The notes beneath the pieces are model-generated. The model saw nothing but the letters and a program-made list of their open reading frames with translations, was not told the origin of the DNA and did not search any database. The position numbers and the translations under genes were made by a program. From Mizuhopecten yessoensis (taxonomy: Eukaryota), in assembly GCF_002113885.1 (NCBI RefSeq), contig NW_018404696.1, forward strand, positions 284,651 through 348,650: a stretch of DNA of 64,000 nucleotides, read 5' to 3'. Position 1 is the first letter of the stretch; each line of letters starts with the position of its first letter. Shown here piece by piece: positions 38,365-51,350 of the stretch.

Positions 38365-39200
38365 TATGTATAAATATATATATATATAGATACAGAATAT
38401 ATATATATAGATAGAGAATGTATAATAAATGTATATATATAATAAATGTATAGAATATATATATATATATTTACAGAATATATAATGAATGTACATATAG
38501 ATACAGAATATAGTCCGCCTGAAGAAGCCCTAGAACTTAGAAGGCAGAAAGGCCTAAGAGGCGATCTGAAAAAATTATGTTTTTATTCTATATTTTCCTT
38601 CGCAAGGACTTAATTATNNNNNNNNNNNNNNNNNNNNNNNNNNNNNNNNNNNNNNNNNNNNNNNNNNNNNNNNNNNNNNNNNNNNNNNNNNNNNNNNNNN
38701 NNNNNNNNNNNNNNNNNNNNNNNNNNNNNNNNNNNNNNNNNNNNNNNNNNNNNNNNNNNNNNNNNNNNNNTATAGATACAGAATATATAATAAATGTACA
38801 TATAGGCACAGAATATATAATAAATGTATGTTTAGGTACAGAATATATATAAAATATATATTAAGGTACAAAATATATAAATAATGTATATTTAGGTACA
38901 GAATACATAAAAATTGTATATTTAAGTATGAAATATATAATAAAAGTATGTTTAGATACAAAATAAATAATAATTGTATATTTAGGTACGGAATATATTT
39001 AAAATTTATACTAAGGTATATAATATATAATAAACGTATAATAAGGTACAGAATATATAATATATGTATATTTAGGTACAGAATATATATTATATGTATA
39101 TTTAGGTACAGAATATATATTATATGTATATTTAGGAACAAAATATATAATAAATGTATATTTAGGAACAGAAGATGTAGGTAAATATTGTGTATAGGTA
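38365..39200. repeat. AT-rich minisatellite of about 30 bp (TATTTAGGTACAGAATATATAATAAATGTA)n spanning an assembly gap
   Basis: Degenerate copies on both sides of the N run. Confidence 0.8.
38618..38770. other. Assembly gap (153 N)
   Basis: Run of n characters. Confidence 0.99.
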
Positions 39201-39778
39201 CAGGAGAAATATTAAATGTTGATGAACGTTTGATTTGATTTATACATGTTAGAAAAATTGCAAGTTCATCACATTAAATGTGTCAATCTTGTGATAATTT
39301 TATAGTGTATAATAGCTAATCTAGGACTCTGCCACTAAACAGATTAAATGTCAATACCACGACTTATCTAACTGTACAACACAGCCATTATAACACTTTT
39401 GTACACCTCATTTACTTCTTGATAGAATTAAATCCGCTCAAAATCATTCTCGGATAATAATCTTCTTGGTGATAAAGCCTGGGTGTACTAGGGTGAAAAT
39501 GTTGTGTCAGCGTTATTTAGCCTGTAGGCTATAGAAAAGGAACCTATGCATTCCTTTAAATACAAATATTAATGATACTTAAAACGTATGGCTATTATTG
39601 CATGAATAAAGTTGTTTTCCTGTCTGAACATATACACCTTATATATTTGGGCCTGTCCCTGTATGAGACATACTTTGTTGAATAAGTATAATAAACTTAA
39701 AACTAAAAATACAAATAATATTCAATAATTCAAAACCCACACTAATGACACCATTATGATGTTTTGTGTATTATATGT

Positions 39779-39976
39779 ATAATAATAATAAATAATATGA
39801 TGTTCTTATATACCGCTTTATCACAACCTAGTTCGTAGGTCGCCTTAAAAATTATTAGCCGTGGTTATAGAGCCCTTTGCAACCAGCCAATACCTTTCTC
39901 AACTCCCTGCCGTGATTCGAACCTGCAACCCTTCGGTGACGAGCCCGGCGTCCTACCACTAGACTACCGTGCCTGC
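39779..39976 (-). mobile_element. tRNA-derived SINE, apparently full length (about 200 bp)
   Basis: Minus strand: A box TAGTCTAGTGG, B box GGTTCGAATC, unique body, tail AAAGCGGTATATAAGAAC...(ATT)n. Confidence 0.8.
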
Positions 39977-40539
39977 TTTATGTTAGTTGAGAATAAAAAC
40001 ACTACAAGTGACTAAAGGTGACTAAAGGCAAGGTGTTATGTGATAGCTGCTTTCATTGAAGAAAAAGAAAAACAGGAAAATGTTTTTGTCTGAAAAGAAA
40101 TCAATGTTACTTTATACAATTTGATACTTCTTCAATTTCCACAAAAGTTTATTTCAAGAGCATCAAAACTTTTTGGAAGGTACTTTGTCAGATTTAACAT
40201 TTCACTGATTTAAGCAAATATACAAACTGTTTTGTCCAATAAATATTACAGATTAACCAGATCAGGTAGTAAGACCTATATGATTGGTCATTCTCTGTAT
40301 GAACACAATCTCTGAACTGTATCTGAGTATTTTTGTGTGTGAACAAATTTTCTCTTCTAAATTTCATGACAATAGTAACAAGTACTGTATTGAGTAATTG
40401 AGTTTTGTGTACAACATAGTGATACGTGTCCCAGGTTTCACAGTTAGAGCACATGTGTCCTTATACAATGCTGTCCTTAGGTAGGATTTGGCTTCGTGAA
40501 AACTTTTTAGCTAAATCTACATTTTTAACAATCTTCACT

Positions 40540-41472
40540 TTGTACTTATAGACGTTTAGAGGATTGTTATAGATATGAACATTGATATATGTAGGTTTGT
40601 TTATTTAATCCACAAGTCTACATTTAACCCCAGTACGGTGAAGGGATTGGATAACTAGTGTCATAACTCAGAGCTTCATTTAAATTAGTGTGACTAACAT
40701 TACAAAGACAACGTATTTATATATTCTGAGAACAATTTGTACAGAATAAAAGCAGCTATTTATTTTCAAATCATATTTGAAATGATGGAAATTCTACAGT
40801 CAAAGGGAAATAACTGCATGTTGTTAAATAGCTGTTTTACTTGTGACTATAGTTTACTAAAACTTTTTACTTGTAAATCAAATGTATGAAGGAAAGGAAA
40901 TGTTAAAGAAAAGGGAATTCAGACTAAAGCTCCCTTATACAGTGGACACATCTACCAATCACATATTTACACTTATAGACATTTAGAGGATTGTTAAATA
41001 ATGTAGGTTTGTTTATTTAATACACAATTCTACATTTAACTCTTTGACTGAATGTTTCTACAAGTAAAAATACAGAAGAATTGAGACAAGGTATAAGGCT
41101 GACATGAAATGATAGTGAGATCCTTGTGACGGTACAACCTCCATCCCAGTACGGTGAAGGGATTGGATAATTGGTGTCATAAATCAGAGCTTCATTTAAA
41201 CTAGAGTGATTAACAGTACAAAGACAACATATCTATATATTCTAAACAATTTGTACAGAATAAAAGCAGCTATTTATTTTCACATCGTATATTTGAAATG
41301 ATGGAAATTCTACAGTCAAAGGGAAATAACTGCATGTTGTTAAATAACTGTTTTACTTGTGACTATATAGTTTACCTAACTTTTTTCCTTGTAACTAAAA
41401 TGTATAAAGGGATATAAAGGTTCATTAGAAGGAAACTCCGACTAAAGCTCCCTTATACAGTGGACACATCTC
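40540..41472. repeat. Local tandem duplication of about 420 bp; the second copy carries about 105 bp extra
   Basis: acttatagac...gaggattgtt through ctcccttatacagtggacacatct occurs twice (about 40546-40953 and 40970-41472). Confidence 0.88.
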
Positions 41473-42337
41473 ATTACATCAGCACTTTAATGGATATACT
41501 ACAAAAATTGTCCTGTTCAAAAGACAAAGTAATTTTAGAGAAATTTCTAGGCAGACTTACCGGACCTCTGATAAACTTAAATGAACGTAGCTGGGTGTTT
41601 TTTTGCGTATGATTTACAATTTAATTTTGCCTACATATTTCCAGACCTAGATTTTGTATTGTTTTACTAAAAGTATGCAACAAAATATAATTTCTGAAAA
41701 CTCATTAAAATCCAAAGCATATAAAAATAGAATTTAAATGAAAAGATGTTTATATTCCTTTTTTTTATTGATGTTTATGAACAGTACAATCTTTCATAAA
41801 CAGCACATGCAGTTTCACAAACTTATTGTGTAGTTTCATCACATTAAAAGCCACCTAACGTTTAACCTGTGAGGTCCAGATCAACAGTTCGAGGATTATA
41901 ACGTGTTCGACAAGTCCACCATTCTGTATTCAACTATGTTAATTTTCTGGAATAAAAAAAAAGAGAGGAACTGTTTGATACTTCTAATGTTGAATCCATT
42001 TTATTATAATGCTGATTTATAACGTAATTAACGATCAAAACATATTTAAGTTAAAAACATCTTTAAAGATAGCTAAGAATCCACTATGTGATTCTGATTG
42101 TCCATTCCTACAAATACGATTTTACACACCAAGTAAATGAGTACTTCTGTGGTATCACTGTAATACATCGGGGTGAAATAATAAATAAGCACACTTAATG
42201 ATAAATCAACTACAACAGGGTAACGATACAAGCACTTAAATTGTTAATCCTTCAGCTATGTCATGTCTGGCTGACACCTATGTAAACACAATGAGCACAG
42301 ACTGCAGTCTGTCTAGAGGTACCATACTTAGACGGCA

Positions 42338-43432
42338 TGCAGAAGGTGTGATACACAGATGGTGTGATACACAGAAGGTTTAATACACAGGTGTGATACA
42401 CAGATGATGTGATACAGAGATGGTGTGATACACAGATGATGTGATACACAGATGGTATGATACACAGAAGGTGTGATACACAGATTGTGTGATACACAGA
42501 AGGTGTGATACACAGATTGTGTGATACACAGATGATGTGATACACAGATGGTGTGATACGCACAAGGTGTGATACACAGATGGTGTGATAAACAGATAGT
42601 GTGATACACAGAAGGTGTGATACACCATCTGTGTATCACACCTTCTGTGATACACAGATGGTGTGATAAACAGATAGTGTGATACACAGAAGGTGTGATA
42701 CACATATGGTGTGATAAACAGATGGTGTGATAAACAGAAGGTGTGATACACAGAAGGTGTGATACACAGATTGTGTGATACACAGAAGGTGTGATACACC
42801 ATCTGTGTATCACACCTTCTGTGATACACAGATGGTGTGATAAACAGATAGTGTGATACACAGAAGGTGTGATACACAGAAGGTGTGATACACCATCTGT
42901 GTATCACACCTTCTGTGATACACAGATGGTGTGATAAACAGATGGTGTGATACACCTTCTGTGTATCACACCATCTGTTTATCACACCATCTGTGTATCA
43001 CAGAAGGTGTGATACACAGATGGTGTGATACACAGATGATGTGATACACAGAAGGTGTGATACACAGATGGTGTGATAAACAGATGGTGTGATACACAGA
43101 AGGTGTGATACACAGATGGTGTGATTCACAGAAGGTGTAATACACATGTGTGATACACAGATGGAGTGATACACAGAAGGTGGGATACACAGATGGTGTG
43201 AGACACAGATGGTGTGATACCCAGAAGGTGTGATACACAGATTGTGTGATACACAGATGATGGGATACAAAGATGGTGTGATACACAGTAGGTGTGATAC
43301 ACAGATTGTGTGATACACAGATGGGGTGATACACAGAAGGTGTAATACACATGTGTGATACACAGATGGCGTGATACACAGAAGGTGTGATACACAGATG
43401 GTGTGATACACAGAAGGTGTGATACACAGATT
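42338..43432. repeat. 16-bp minisatellite (GTGTGATACACAGA(T/A)G)n with internal inverted monomers
   Basis: Direct reading; inverted blocks near 42621, 42796, 42889 and 42951-43000. Confidence 0.96.
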
Positions 43433-43919
43433 TGAATACCTGTTAAACAAATGGAAAGGATAATACTAAGGACTTAAGCTATCAAGGATAAGATAGAGTT
43501 CCATAAACACAGGGTATTTGAGCAATAGCAGTTGGAGTAATCCAAGGTTACTTTACAAAGAACCTAGCAGAACACAGTCCAGAAAACTATTTGACAAATG
43601 GGTGCATTCAAGTAATGAGAGTTTGAGGAAGCGAGGTTTCACTGTACTTCTGTAGTGTACTACATATCGATAGCTGTGTCAGCAGTGAACTTTGTTTTTA
43701 TCTTCGTAAAGTTATGATTCTTTCCATTGTAGATGTCAGTACAACACTCAGTAACGATTAAATTATGCGTAATGTTAAGTGGTTTTAGAAAACACTCTAT
43801 AAGATATTGAAAATCTATGTTTAACATGCCTGGAACACTTATATGTAATACTTAGTGTTATCATCTTGTTTCTAATTTAGCCACAAACAAAATGTATGAT
43901 AAAGACTAAATAGTTTTCT

Positions 43920-45015
43920 AAGCTGAGTGGTTTTATGGTGAGCACATGTAGGGATCTTGTAATTAGCTACGTGGTTATATGTTGGGCACAGAGGGGTTAG
44001 GTAATGAGCAAAGTGGTTTAATATTGAGCACATAGGGGTTTTGTTATGAACAAAGCTGTTTAGTGTTGAGCACATAAGGGTTTTGTAATGAGCTAAGATG
44101 TTTTATGTTGAGCACAGAGAGGTTTTGTAATGAGCTAAGTGGTTTAATGTTGAGTACAGAGGGGTTTTGTAATGAGCTAAGTGGTTTAATGATGAGCACA
44201 GAGGGGTTTGGTAATGAGCTAAGAGGTTAACTGTTGAGCACAGATGGGTTTTTTAATGAGCAAAGTGGTTTAATATTGAGCACATAGGGGTTTTGTTATG
44301 AACAAAGCTGTTTAGTGTTGAGCACATAAGGGTTTTGTAATGAGCTAAGTGGTTTAATGTTGAGCACAGAGGGGTTTGGTAATGAGCTAAGTGGTTTAAT
44401 GTTGAGCACAGATGGGTTTTGTAATGAGTTAAGTGGTTAAATGTTGAGCACAGATGGGTTTTGTAATGAGCAAAGTGGTTTAATATTGAGCACATAGGGT
44501 TTTGTTATGAACAAAGCTGTTTAGTGTTGAGCACATAAGGGTTTTGTAATGAGCTAAGATGTTTTATGTTGAGCACAGAGGGGTTTGGTAATGAGCTAAG
44601 TGGTTTAATGTTGAGCACAGAGGTGTTTTGGTAATGAGCTAAGTGGTTTAATGTTGAGCACAGAGGGATTTGGTAATGAGCTAAGAGGTTAACTGTTGAG
44701 CACATAAGGGTTTTGTAATGAGCTAAGAGGATAACTGTTGAGCACATAAGGGTTTTGTAATGAGCTAAGTGGTTTTTTGTCGAGCCCAAAAGAGATTGGT
44801 AATGAGCTAAGGGGTTTAATGTTGAGCGCAGAGGTGTTTTGGTAATGAGCTATGTGGTTTAATGTTGAGCACAGGGGTTTGGTAATGAGCTAAGTGGTTT
44901 AATGTTGAGCACAGACGGGTTTGGTAATGAGCTAAGTGGTTTTTTGTCGAGCCCAAAAGAGTTTGGTAATGAGCTAAGTGTTTTTTTGTCGAGCACAGAA
45001 GAGTTTTGTAATGAG
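43920..45015. repeat. 42-bp minisatellite (GTAATGAGCTAAGTGGTTTAATGTTGAGCACAGAGGGGTTTG)n
   Basis: About 26 copies. Confidence 0.95.
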
Positions 45016-45084
45016 GTACTCTGGGTTTTATTTTAACATGTAAAGTTTGAGAGTCGAGTAGTTTTCATATTGAGGAAAGATTCT

Positions 45085-45470
45085 TATTAAGAGCACAGCA
45101 CAGTGTTTTCCCGAAGAGTACAGAGAGTTTTCTGATGAGCTGGAGGGGTTTCTGATTAGCTGGAGAGTTTTCTTATTAGCACAGAGAATTTTCTTATGAG
45201 CACAGAGTTTTCTGATGAGCACAGAGAGTTATCTGATGAGCACACAGTTTTCCGATGAGCACAGGGTTTTCTGATGAGCCCAGAGAGTTTTTCGATGAGC
45301 ACAGAAAATTTTCTGATGAGCATACAGTTTTCTGTTGAGCACAGGGTTTTCTGATGAGCCCAGAGAGTTTTTCGATGAGCACAGAAAATTTTCTGATGAG
45401 CATACAGTTTTCTGTTGAGCATACAGTCTTCTGTGGAGCATGCACAGAGAGATATCTGATGGACACAGAA
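45085..45470. repeat. 20-22-bp minisatellite (TTTTCTGATGAGCACAGAG)n
   Basis: Shares GAGCACAG with the adjacent 42-bp array. Confidence 0.9.
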
Positions 45471-45704
45471 AGGATTCTGGTGAGAGAGAACAATGGTTCA
45501 TTAAATAGATAGGTATACAATCACTGTTGTTAATATTCCTACTAAATCAATTGTTTGACCTCACAATAACCTTTGTTGGAGTTTTTCCAGTAAAGTGCCA
45601 TTACTTCCCTTTATGGGTTTCATAATTACCATACAGATCAATTGAGGGTAATGAAGTCTTCAAGGCCTTATAGAGCTGTTTCATGTATTGATAAAGAGAG
45701 GGCA

Positions 45705-46922
45705 AAGGCACATTAGAGCAGGCTAGGTCTGGCATAGTACAGTAGAGCAAGCTAGCCCAGACAAAGTACAGTAGAGCAAGCTAGGTCTGGCAAAGTACAG
45801 TAGAGCAAGCTAGGTCTGGCAAAGTACAGTAGAGCAGGCTAGGTCTGGCAAAGTACAGTAGAGCAAGCTAGCCCAGACAAAGTATAGTAGAGCAGGCTAG
45901 GTCTGGCAAAGTACAGTAGAGCAGGCTAGGCCAGGCAAAGTACAGTAGAGCAAGCTAGGTCTGCCAAAGTACAGTAGAGCAGGCTAGGTCCGGCAAAGTA
46001 CAGTAGATCAAGCTAGGTCGGGCAAAGTACAGTAGAGCAGGCTAGGGCTGGCATAGTATAGCATAGCAGGCTAGGTCTGGCAAAGTACATTAGAGAAAGC
46101 TAGCCCAGACAAAGTATAGTAGAGCATGCTAGGTCTGGTAAAGTACAGTAGAGCAGGCTAGGTCTGGTAAAGTACAGTAGAGCAGGCTAGGTCCGGCAAA
46201 GTACAGTAGATCAAGCTAGGTCGGGCAAAGTACAGTAGAGCAGGCTAGCCCAGGCAAAGTACAGTAGAGCAGGCTAGGCCAGGCAAAGTACAGTAGAGCA
46301 AGCTAGGCCAGACAAAGTACAGTAGAGCAGGCTAGGGCTGGCATAGTATAGCATAGCAGGCTAGGTCTGTCAAAGTACAGTAGAGCAGGCTAGGTATGGC
46401 ATAGTATAGCATAGCAGGCTAGGTCTGGCAAAGTACATTAGAGAAAGCTAGCCCAGACAAAGTATAGTAGAGCATGCTAGGTCTGGCATAGTATAGCAGA
46501 GCAGGCTAGGTCTGGCAAAGGACAGTAGAGCAGGCTAGGTCAGGCAAAGTACAGTAGAGCAGGCTAGGTATGGCATAGTATAGCATAGCAGGCTAGGTCT
46601 GGCAAAGTACATTAGAGAAAGCTAGCCCAGACAAAGTATAGTAGAGCATGCTAGGTCTGGTAAAGTACAGTAGAGCAGGCTAGGTCAGGGAAAGTACAGT
46701 AGAGCAAGCTAGCCCAGACAAAGTACAGTAGAGCAGGCTAGGGCTGGCATAGTATAGCATAGCAGGCTAGGTCTGTCAAAGTACAGTAGAGCAGGCTAGG
46801 TCCGGCAAAGTACAGTAGAGCAGGCTAGGGCTGGCAAAGGACAGTAGAGCAGGCTAGGTCTGGCATAGGATAGCATAGCAGGCTAGGTCTGGCAAAGTAC
46901 AGTAGAGCAAGCTAGGTCAGGC
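45705..46922. repeat. 29-bp minisatellite (GCAGGCTAGGTCTGGCAAAGTACAGTAGA)n
   Basis: About 42 copies. Confidence 0.96.
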
Positions 46923-47264
46923 TACTGTTATTATTACTGTATTGTTCAACCATGGTGTAGTGTGTGCATCAGTAGTCCCTCCGCAGCATTTTTTTTAAGA
47001 CTGGTTATCAAGATTTGCCAACCAAATACAGTCTAGAATATCTTTATGTAAAGGAGGTTGTTGCTTTAAGCATCTTTTTCTCTGGAACTTTGACATGAAT
47101 ACTATCCGCATATTGTTGAAATCTTCCTCAGGTAGATTGGACTCAATCTTTTACATGTAGAAGGGCTGTCCCATAAGGAATTTAAGGATGGTGTAGAAAT
47201 GGGGTTATATATAACATGGACATGTTGGAGAATAAATATATATACAGATATCTTTTACCAGGAT

Positions 47265-48240
47265 TGGCCTCTAGGTCCGGCCTGTCCTTGGTCAGACCTG
47301 CCGTTGGTCCACCCTGTCCTTGGTCAGACCTGTCCTTTGTCCGACCTGTCCTTGGTCAGACCTGTCCTTGGTCGAGCCTGTCCTTAGTCCGACCTGCCCT
47401 TGGTCAGACCTGCCCTTGGTCCAGCCTGTTTTTGGTCAGACCTGCCCTTGGTTCAGCCTTTTCTTGGTCCGACCTGCCCTTGGTCCAGCCTGTCCTTGGT
47501 CAGACCTGCCCTTGGTCTGGCCTGTCATTGGCCTGGCCTGTCCTTTGTCAGACCTGTCTTTGGTCAGACCTGCCTTTGGAAAGACCTGCCCTTGGTCCGT
47601 CCTGTCCTTGGTCCAGCCTGTCCTTGGTCAGACCTACCCTTAGTCAGACCTCCCCTTGGTCAGACCTACCCTTGGTCCGGCCTGCCCTTGGCCAGACCCG
47701 CCCTTGGTCTGGCCTGTCCTTGGTCAGACCTTCCCTTGGTTCAGCCTGGCCTTGGTCAGACCTGTCCTTAGTCAAGCCTTTTTTTGGTCCGACATGTCCT
47801 TGGTCAGAACTGCCCTTGGTCTGGCCTGTCGTTGGTCTGGCCTGCCGTTGGTCTGGCCTGTCGTTGGTCTGGCCTGTCCTTTGTCAGACCTGTCCTTGGT
47901 CAGACCTGCCCTTGGAAAGACCTGCCCTTGGTCCGGCCTGTCCTTGGTCTGGCCTGTCCTTGGTCAGACCTACCCTTGGTCAGACCTGTCCTTGGTCAGA
48001 CCTACCCTTGGTCCGGCCTGCCCTGGATCAGACCTCCCCTTGGTCAGACCTCCCCTTGGTCAGACCTCCCCTTGGTTCAGCCTGCCCTTGGTCTGGCCTG
48101 TCCTTAATGCTAAATCAGACCTGCCCTTGGTCTGGCCTGTCCTTGGTCTAGCCTGTCCTTAATGCTAAATCAGACCTGCCCTTGGTCCGGCCTGTCCTTG
48201 GTCTGGCCTGTCCTTAATGCTAAATCAGACCTGCCCTTTG
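47265..48240. repeat. 16-bp GC-rich minisatellite (CCTG(T/C)CCTTGGTCAGA)n
   Basis: About 60 copies; accounts for ORFs 47199-48377. Confidence 0.96.
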
Positions 48241-48408
48241 ATGTATTCCCAGTGTCATACATGGAAACGGTTGAGAGCCCTGCATCATGTATACAATTGC
48301 TGAGTTCAATAAACATTAGCTACCCTTATTGGTTCATGGATAGCCCCACCCCTGGAGACTTAGTCTCTAGGTCATAACTTTGAAATAGTCAAGATTCCTA
48401 CCACTTAA

Positions 48409-49176
48409 CTCTTTCTGAACTCTTTCTGACCGCAAATCCAGTCCGGATTCCGTACGGGATGTCCTTACTAGACTCACCCCCGTGCAAATAACAAAATGGC
48501 AGATTATTTATGTTTTTTTTAAACGAGGTGTAATTGCTGCAAGAATTAAACAGGTAACCGAGAACAAATATCATTATTATTTCATGTTATTGTTTTTAGA
48601 CACACACCTCTTCATTTTCACAGCATAATGACTAACTGGCAGCTAATTATGACTGAGGAATTGACATCTGTTCGGCAACAAACGATACAAAACCTTGTTT
48701 TCAAAACAGCGTTGTAGTGCAGGTTCCTAATATAGATTGATTATTGTTTACGAATGCGAAAGTCGTTATTTTTTTTTCTAATTACAAGTAGATTTCATTA
48801 AGACTTATATTAATATTCATATTTACTTCCATAAGTCTAAATAAATATTTGGTGATGAATTTACGAGTGTTCATGTCGAATTAAGTTGCCGCCATATTGT
48901 CAAAACAATAGGTCACAAAATATAAATTGTGTACTCTGCATCTATAAAACTATTTCATTTCAACTGATAGGTGCTGATTTTAGCAACACATAATTGTATT
49001 ACGCGATTGTCGTGTGCCATAACCAGCTAAACATCAGACAAGTTAAACAAAAGTCTGTTGTCGTGTGTACATGACAACTGGGATGAGACGGCCTATTATT
49101 TTGTCGTCTGTACACGACAACGGGGACCAGGATGACATATTGTTGTCGTGTGTACATGACAACGGTACGGAAAGAG
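48409..49176. mobile_element. piggyBac-type non-autonomous DNA transposon (MITE)
   Basis: TTAA|CTCTTTC ... GAAAGAG|TTAA termini with TTAA target site; subterminal ttgtcgt...acatgacaac repeats at the right end. Confidence 0.65.
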
Positions 49177-50350
49177 TTAAGGAGGTATACAATGGCTGGG
49201 TATCAATAGAAAATTATTATAATCATGCTATCAGTTTTAGCCTCTGGGTCTGCCCCTACTCTTAGGGACTTAGTCCCTCATCATAACACAGAAACGGTCG
49301 AGATCCCCACCCTAGAACAATACATACAATGTACTGACCAGGAGATGCCATGCAGTCTGGTCCCATACCTTTGGAATTTATTTGCAATAATACTTTTAAT
49401 GAAAATGTCAAGATTTTTTTATAAATCCTGCATGAGCCTCTTGATTCCGAAGGAGTGTAAATTGGAAAATATCTCTATGACCAATTATCATAGCTAGTAG
49501 GGTTTAACAGAAATATATTTTATTTTCAAACAATATCCTTTTAAAGAAATATCCATGCATAAAAAAAACCACCCGGTTAAGTTTACCTTTAAATAAAGGT
49601 AAGTGAACACCTGTGAATGAGTCGGTCTGTGTACCAGTCACAAACAAACAAGGTGATTGTTTACAAACATTGCCTTCAGTTTCCTTTGCATGATACAAGC
49701 TACCAATTGTCAATACACAATCAAAAGGTTTCAGACCAGTTATTTGAAACTATTTTTAATTGAATGTGATTGATTTTTTTTATGTGACTTGAATAAATTT
49801 GATAATTTTTTAGGTCAAAAATTGCTTTCATCATAATTTCAAAATTTCAAACACGATAAATGTTCAGTAGAATAAGTTTATTTTGGATTTAAGTGGTTAA
49901 ATTGATAGTTGTACAATAGTATTAACAACGTTGGTTTAATTGTTGTTCAACAGTCAACATTTCATATTATGTTCAGTATCAAGTCTGTGGGTTTCAATTC
50001 TCTCAATTATATAATGAAAATGTAACACACATCGCCTAATAGCTATAAGTTTCTTTACATGTTAAAAGTTAGGATACAGACCTTGTTGGTCTTTATTTAA
50101 ATAGTCGATTTTAAATAAATAATTGCAGAATTGTAAAGACTTCTTGTGTATCGAAGCATTGTTATGTCTCCATCGGTTATAAGGAACAGTTTAATCTTTA
50201 TGAAGCTTTCTACACCTAGAGATATCAATGACCTGCTAAAGGATCCCCGTACCACTGCCAGAAAAAGGAAACTTGCATTCGATACGTATTGTTCAGTATG
50301 ACTATAGCTCAACAGAGATGAAATAAGGAACATTTAATCAACAAACATGT

Positions 50351-50480
50351 TCCCTCGGGTACTCTGGTTTCCTCCCACCAACATTAAGCCCCCTCTGTGC
50401 GCTAACATCTAGGCCAGTAAGAGTGATTTATATAAGTTGAAATAACTTATTGTTGTAAAATAAATAAAATTTATATTATA
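50351..50480 (+). mobile_element. 5'-truncated SINE fragment with a V-domain-like core
   Basis: cgggtactctggtttcctcccac resembles the V-SINE core (GGGTACTCCGGTTTCCTCCCAC); AT-rich tail. Confidence 0.55.
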
Positions 50481-50484
50481 ATAA

Positions 50485-50767
50485 TGTTCTAAAGCATTCC
50501 TGGGCTAAGTGGAATCAAGGGAGGATGTGCCCCCCCCCCCCCCCCCCCCCCAGGAGCAGAGGGGCAGGGCCCAATAGGGGAAAGTTAGGTAGATGTTTAA
50601 AACCCAACCCCCTCCATGGGGGCAGAAAGAAGAGACCCAATGATGGGTGTGGCTGAGAGACAGGGCCAATATTTTGAAACGGTTGCAGTATTATTTGTAA
50701 TGAAAATATTTTGACGATTTTGCTTAATTATCCAGGCTAACTATACAAGCCCTTTGGGCCTGTTGTT
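50485..50767 (+). mobile_element. HINE-like 3' remnant
   Basis: ggggcagggcccaatagggg motif related to the 19.5-kb element; ends caagccctttgggcctgttgtt. Confidence 0.4.
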
Positions 50768-51350
50768 TGTTCTTTTATCTTGATCATGTAAGAGTTGTAT
50801 ACTTACTGCAAAGACCAGGTAGGTGAATAGTTAACGAGAATACTTACCTGGATCCCTGAATTACCGTTATATATGTACAGCAGAGGTAGTTCTATAAATA
50901 CAAAACAAGGTTTCATTGGATTGTGTATTGGGACCATAACATTGGGTAGATCAGCATACAAATACACCTATTGTATTAGGTATACTCAACATCAGTGGAC
51001 TTTTATACTATATACTATGGAGGGGTGTGCAGGTTTGAGCTTGTGTACATTTGAGATCTCTGGTCCATAACCAGATTTATATATTCACCTAATGGATTTT
51101 CTGCTGTCAGGACCTGCCACACCCTGTACAAGGAATGGAATGATCGGACAGTTACACGGGTCATAGTTCTAACTATAGGTGGAGTTGTGGGAGAGAGTAT
51201 GGTCATTTAAATCAGACGGACAGGTATACTTTCTCATGAGCATGCATTACACACTTTCGGAAATGTGATTTTTTTCGACCTTTTGGATTATTATTTGGTG
51301 ACATAGTAGTGTTGATTTTGTTGGGTGTTATGACCCATGTGTAATGTATA

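Noticed and set aside
38513-38852. ORFs across the N run and the unique sequence beside it
   Set aside because: Gap artefacts; contig-end sequence is unreliable.
39903-39976. tRNA gene (Thr-like, CGT loop) on the minus strand
   Set aside because: A and B boxes are present but the acceptor, anticodon and T stems pair poorly, and it continues into a SINE body and (ATT)n tail.
42261-48377. Cys/His- and Pro/Leu-rich ORFs on both strands
   Set aside because: Produced by 16-, 42- and 20-22-bp satellites and open in multiple frames.
50840-50851. U1 snRNA gene
   Set aside because: Only the first 12 nt match; no U1 stem-loops or Sm site follow.
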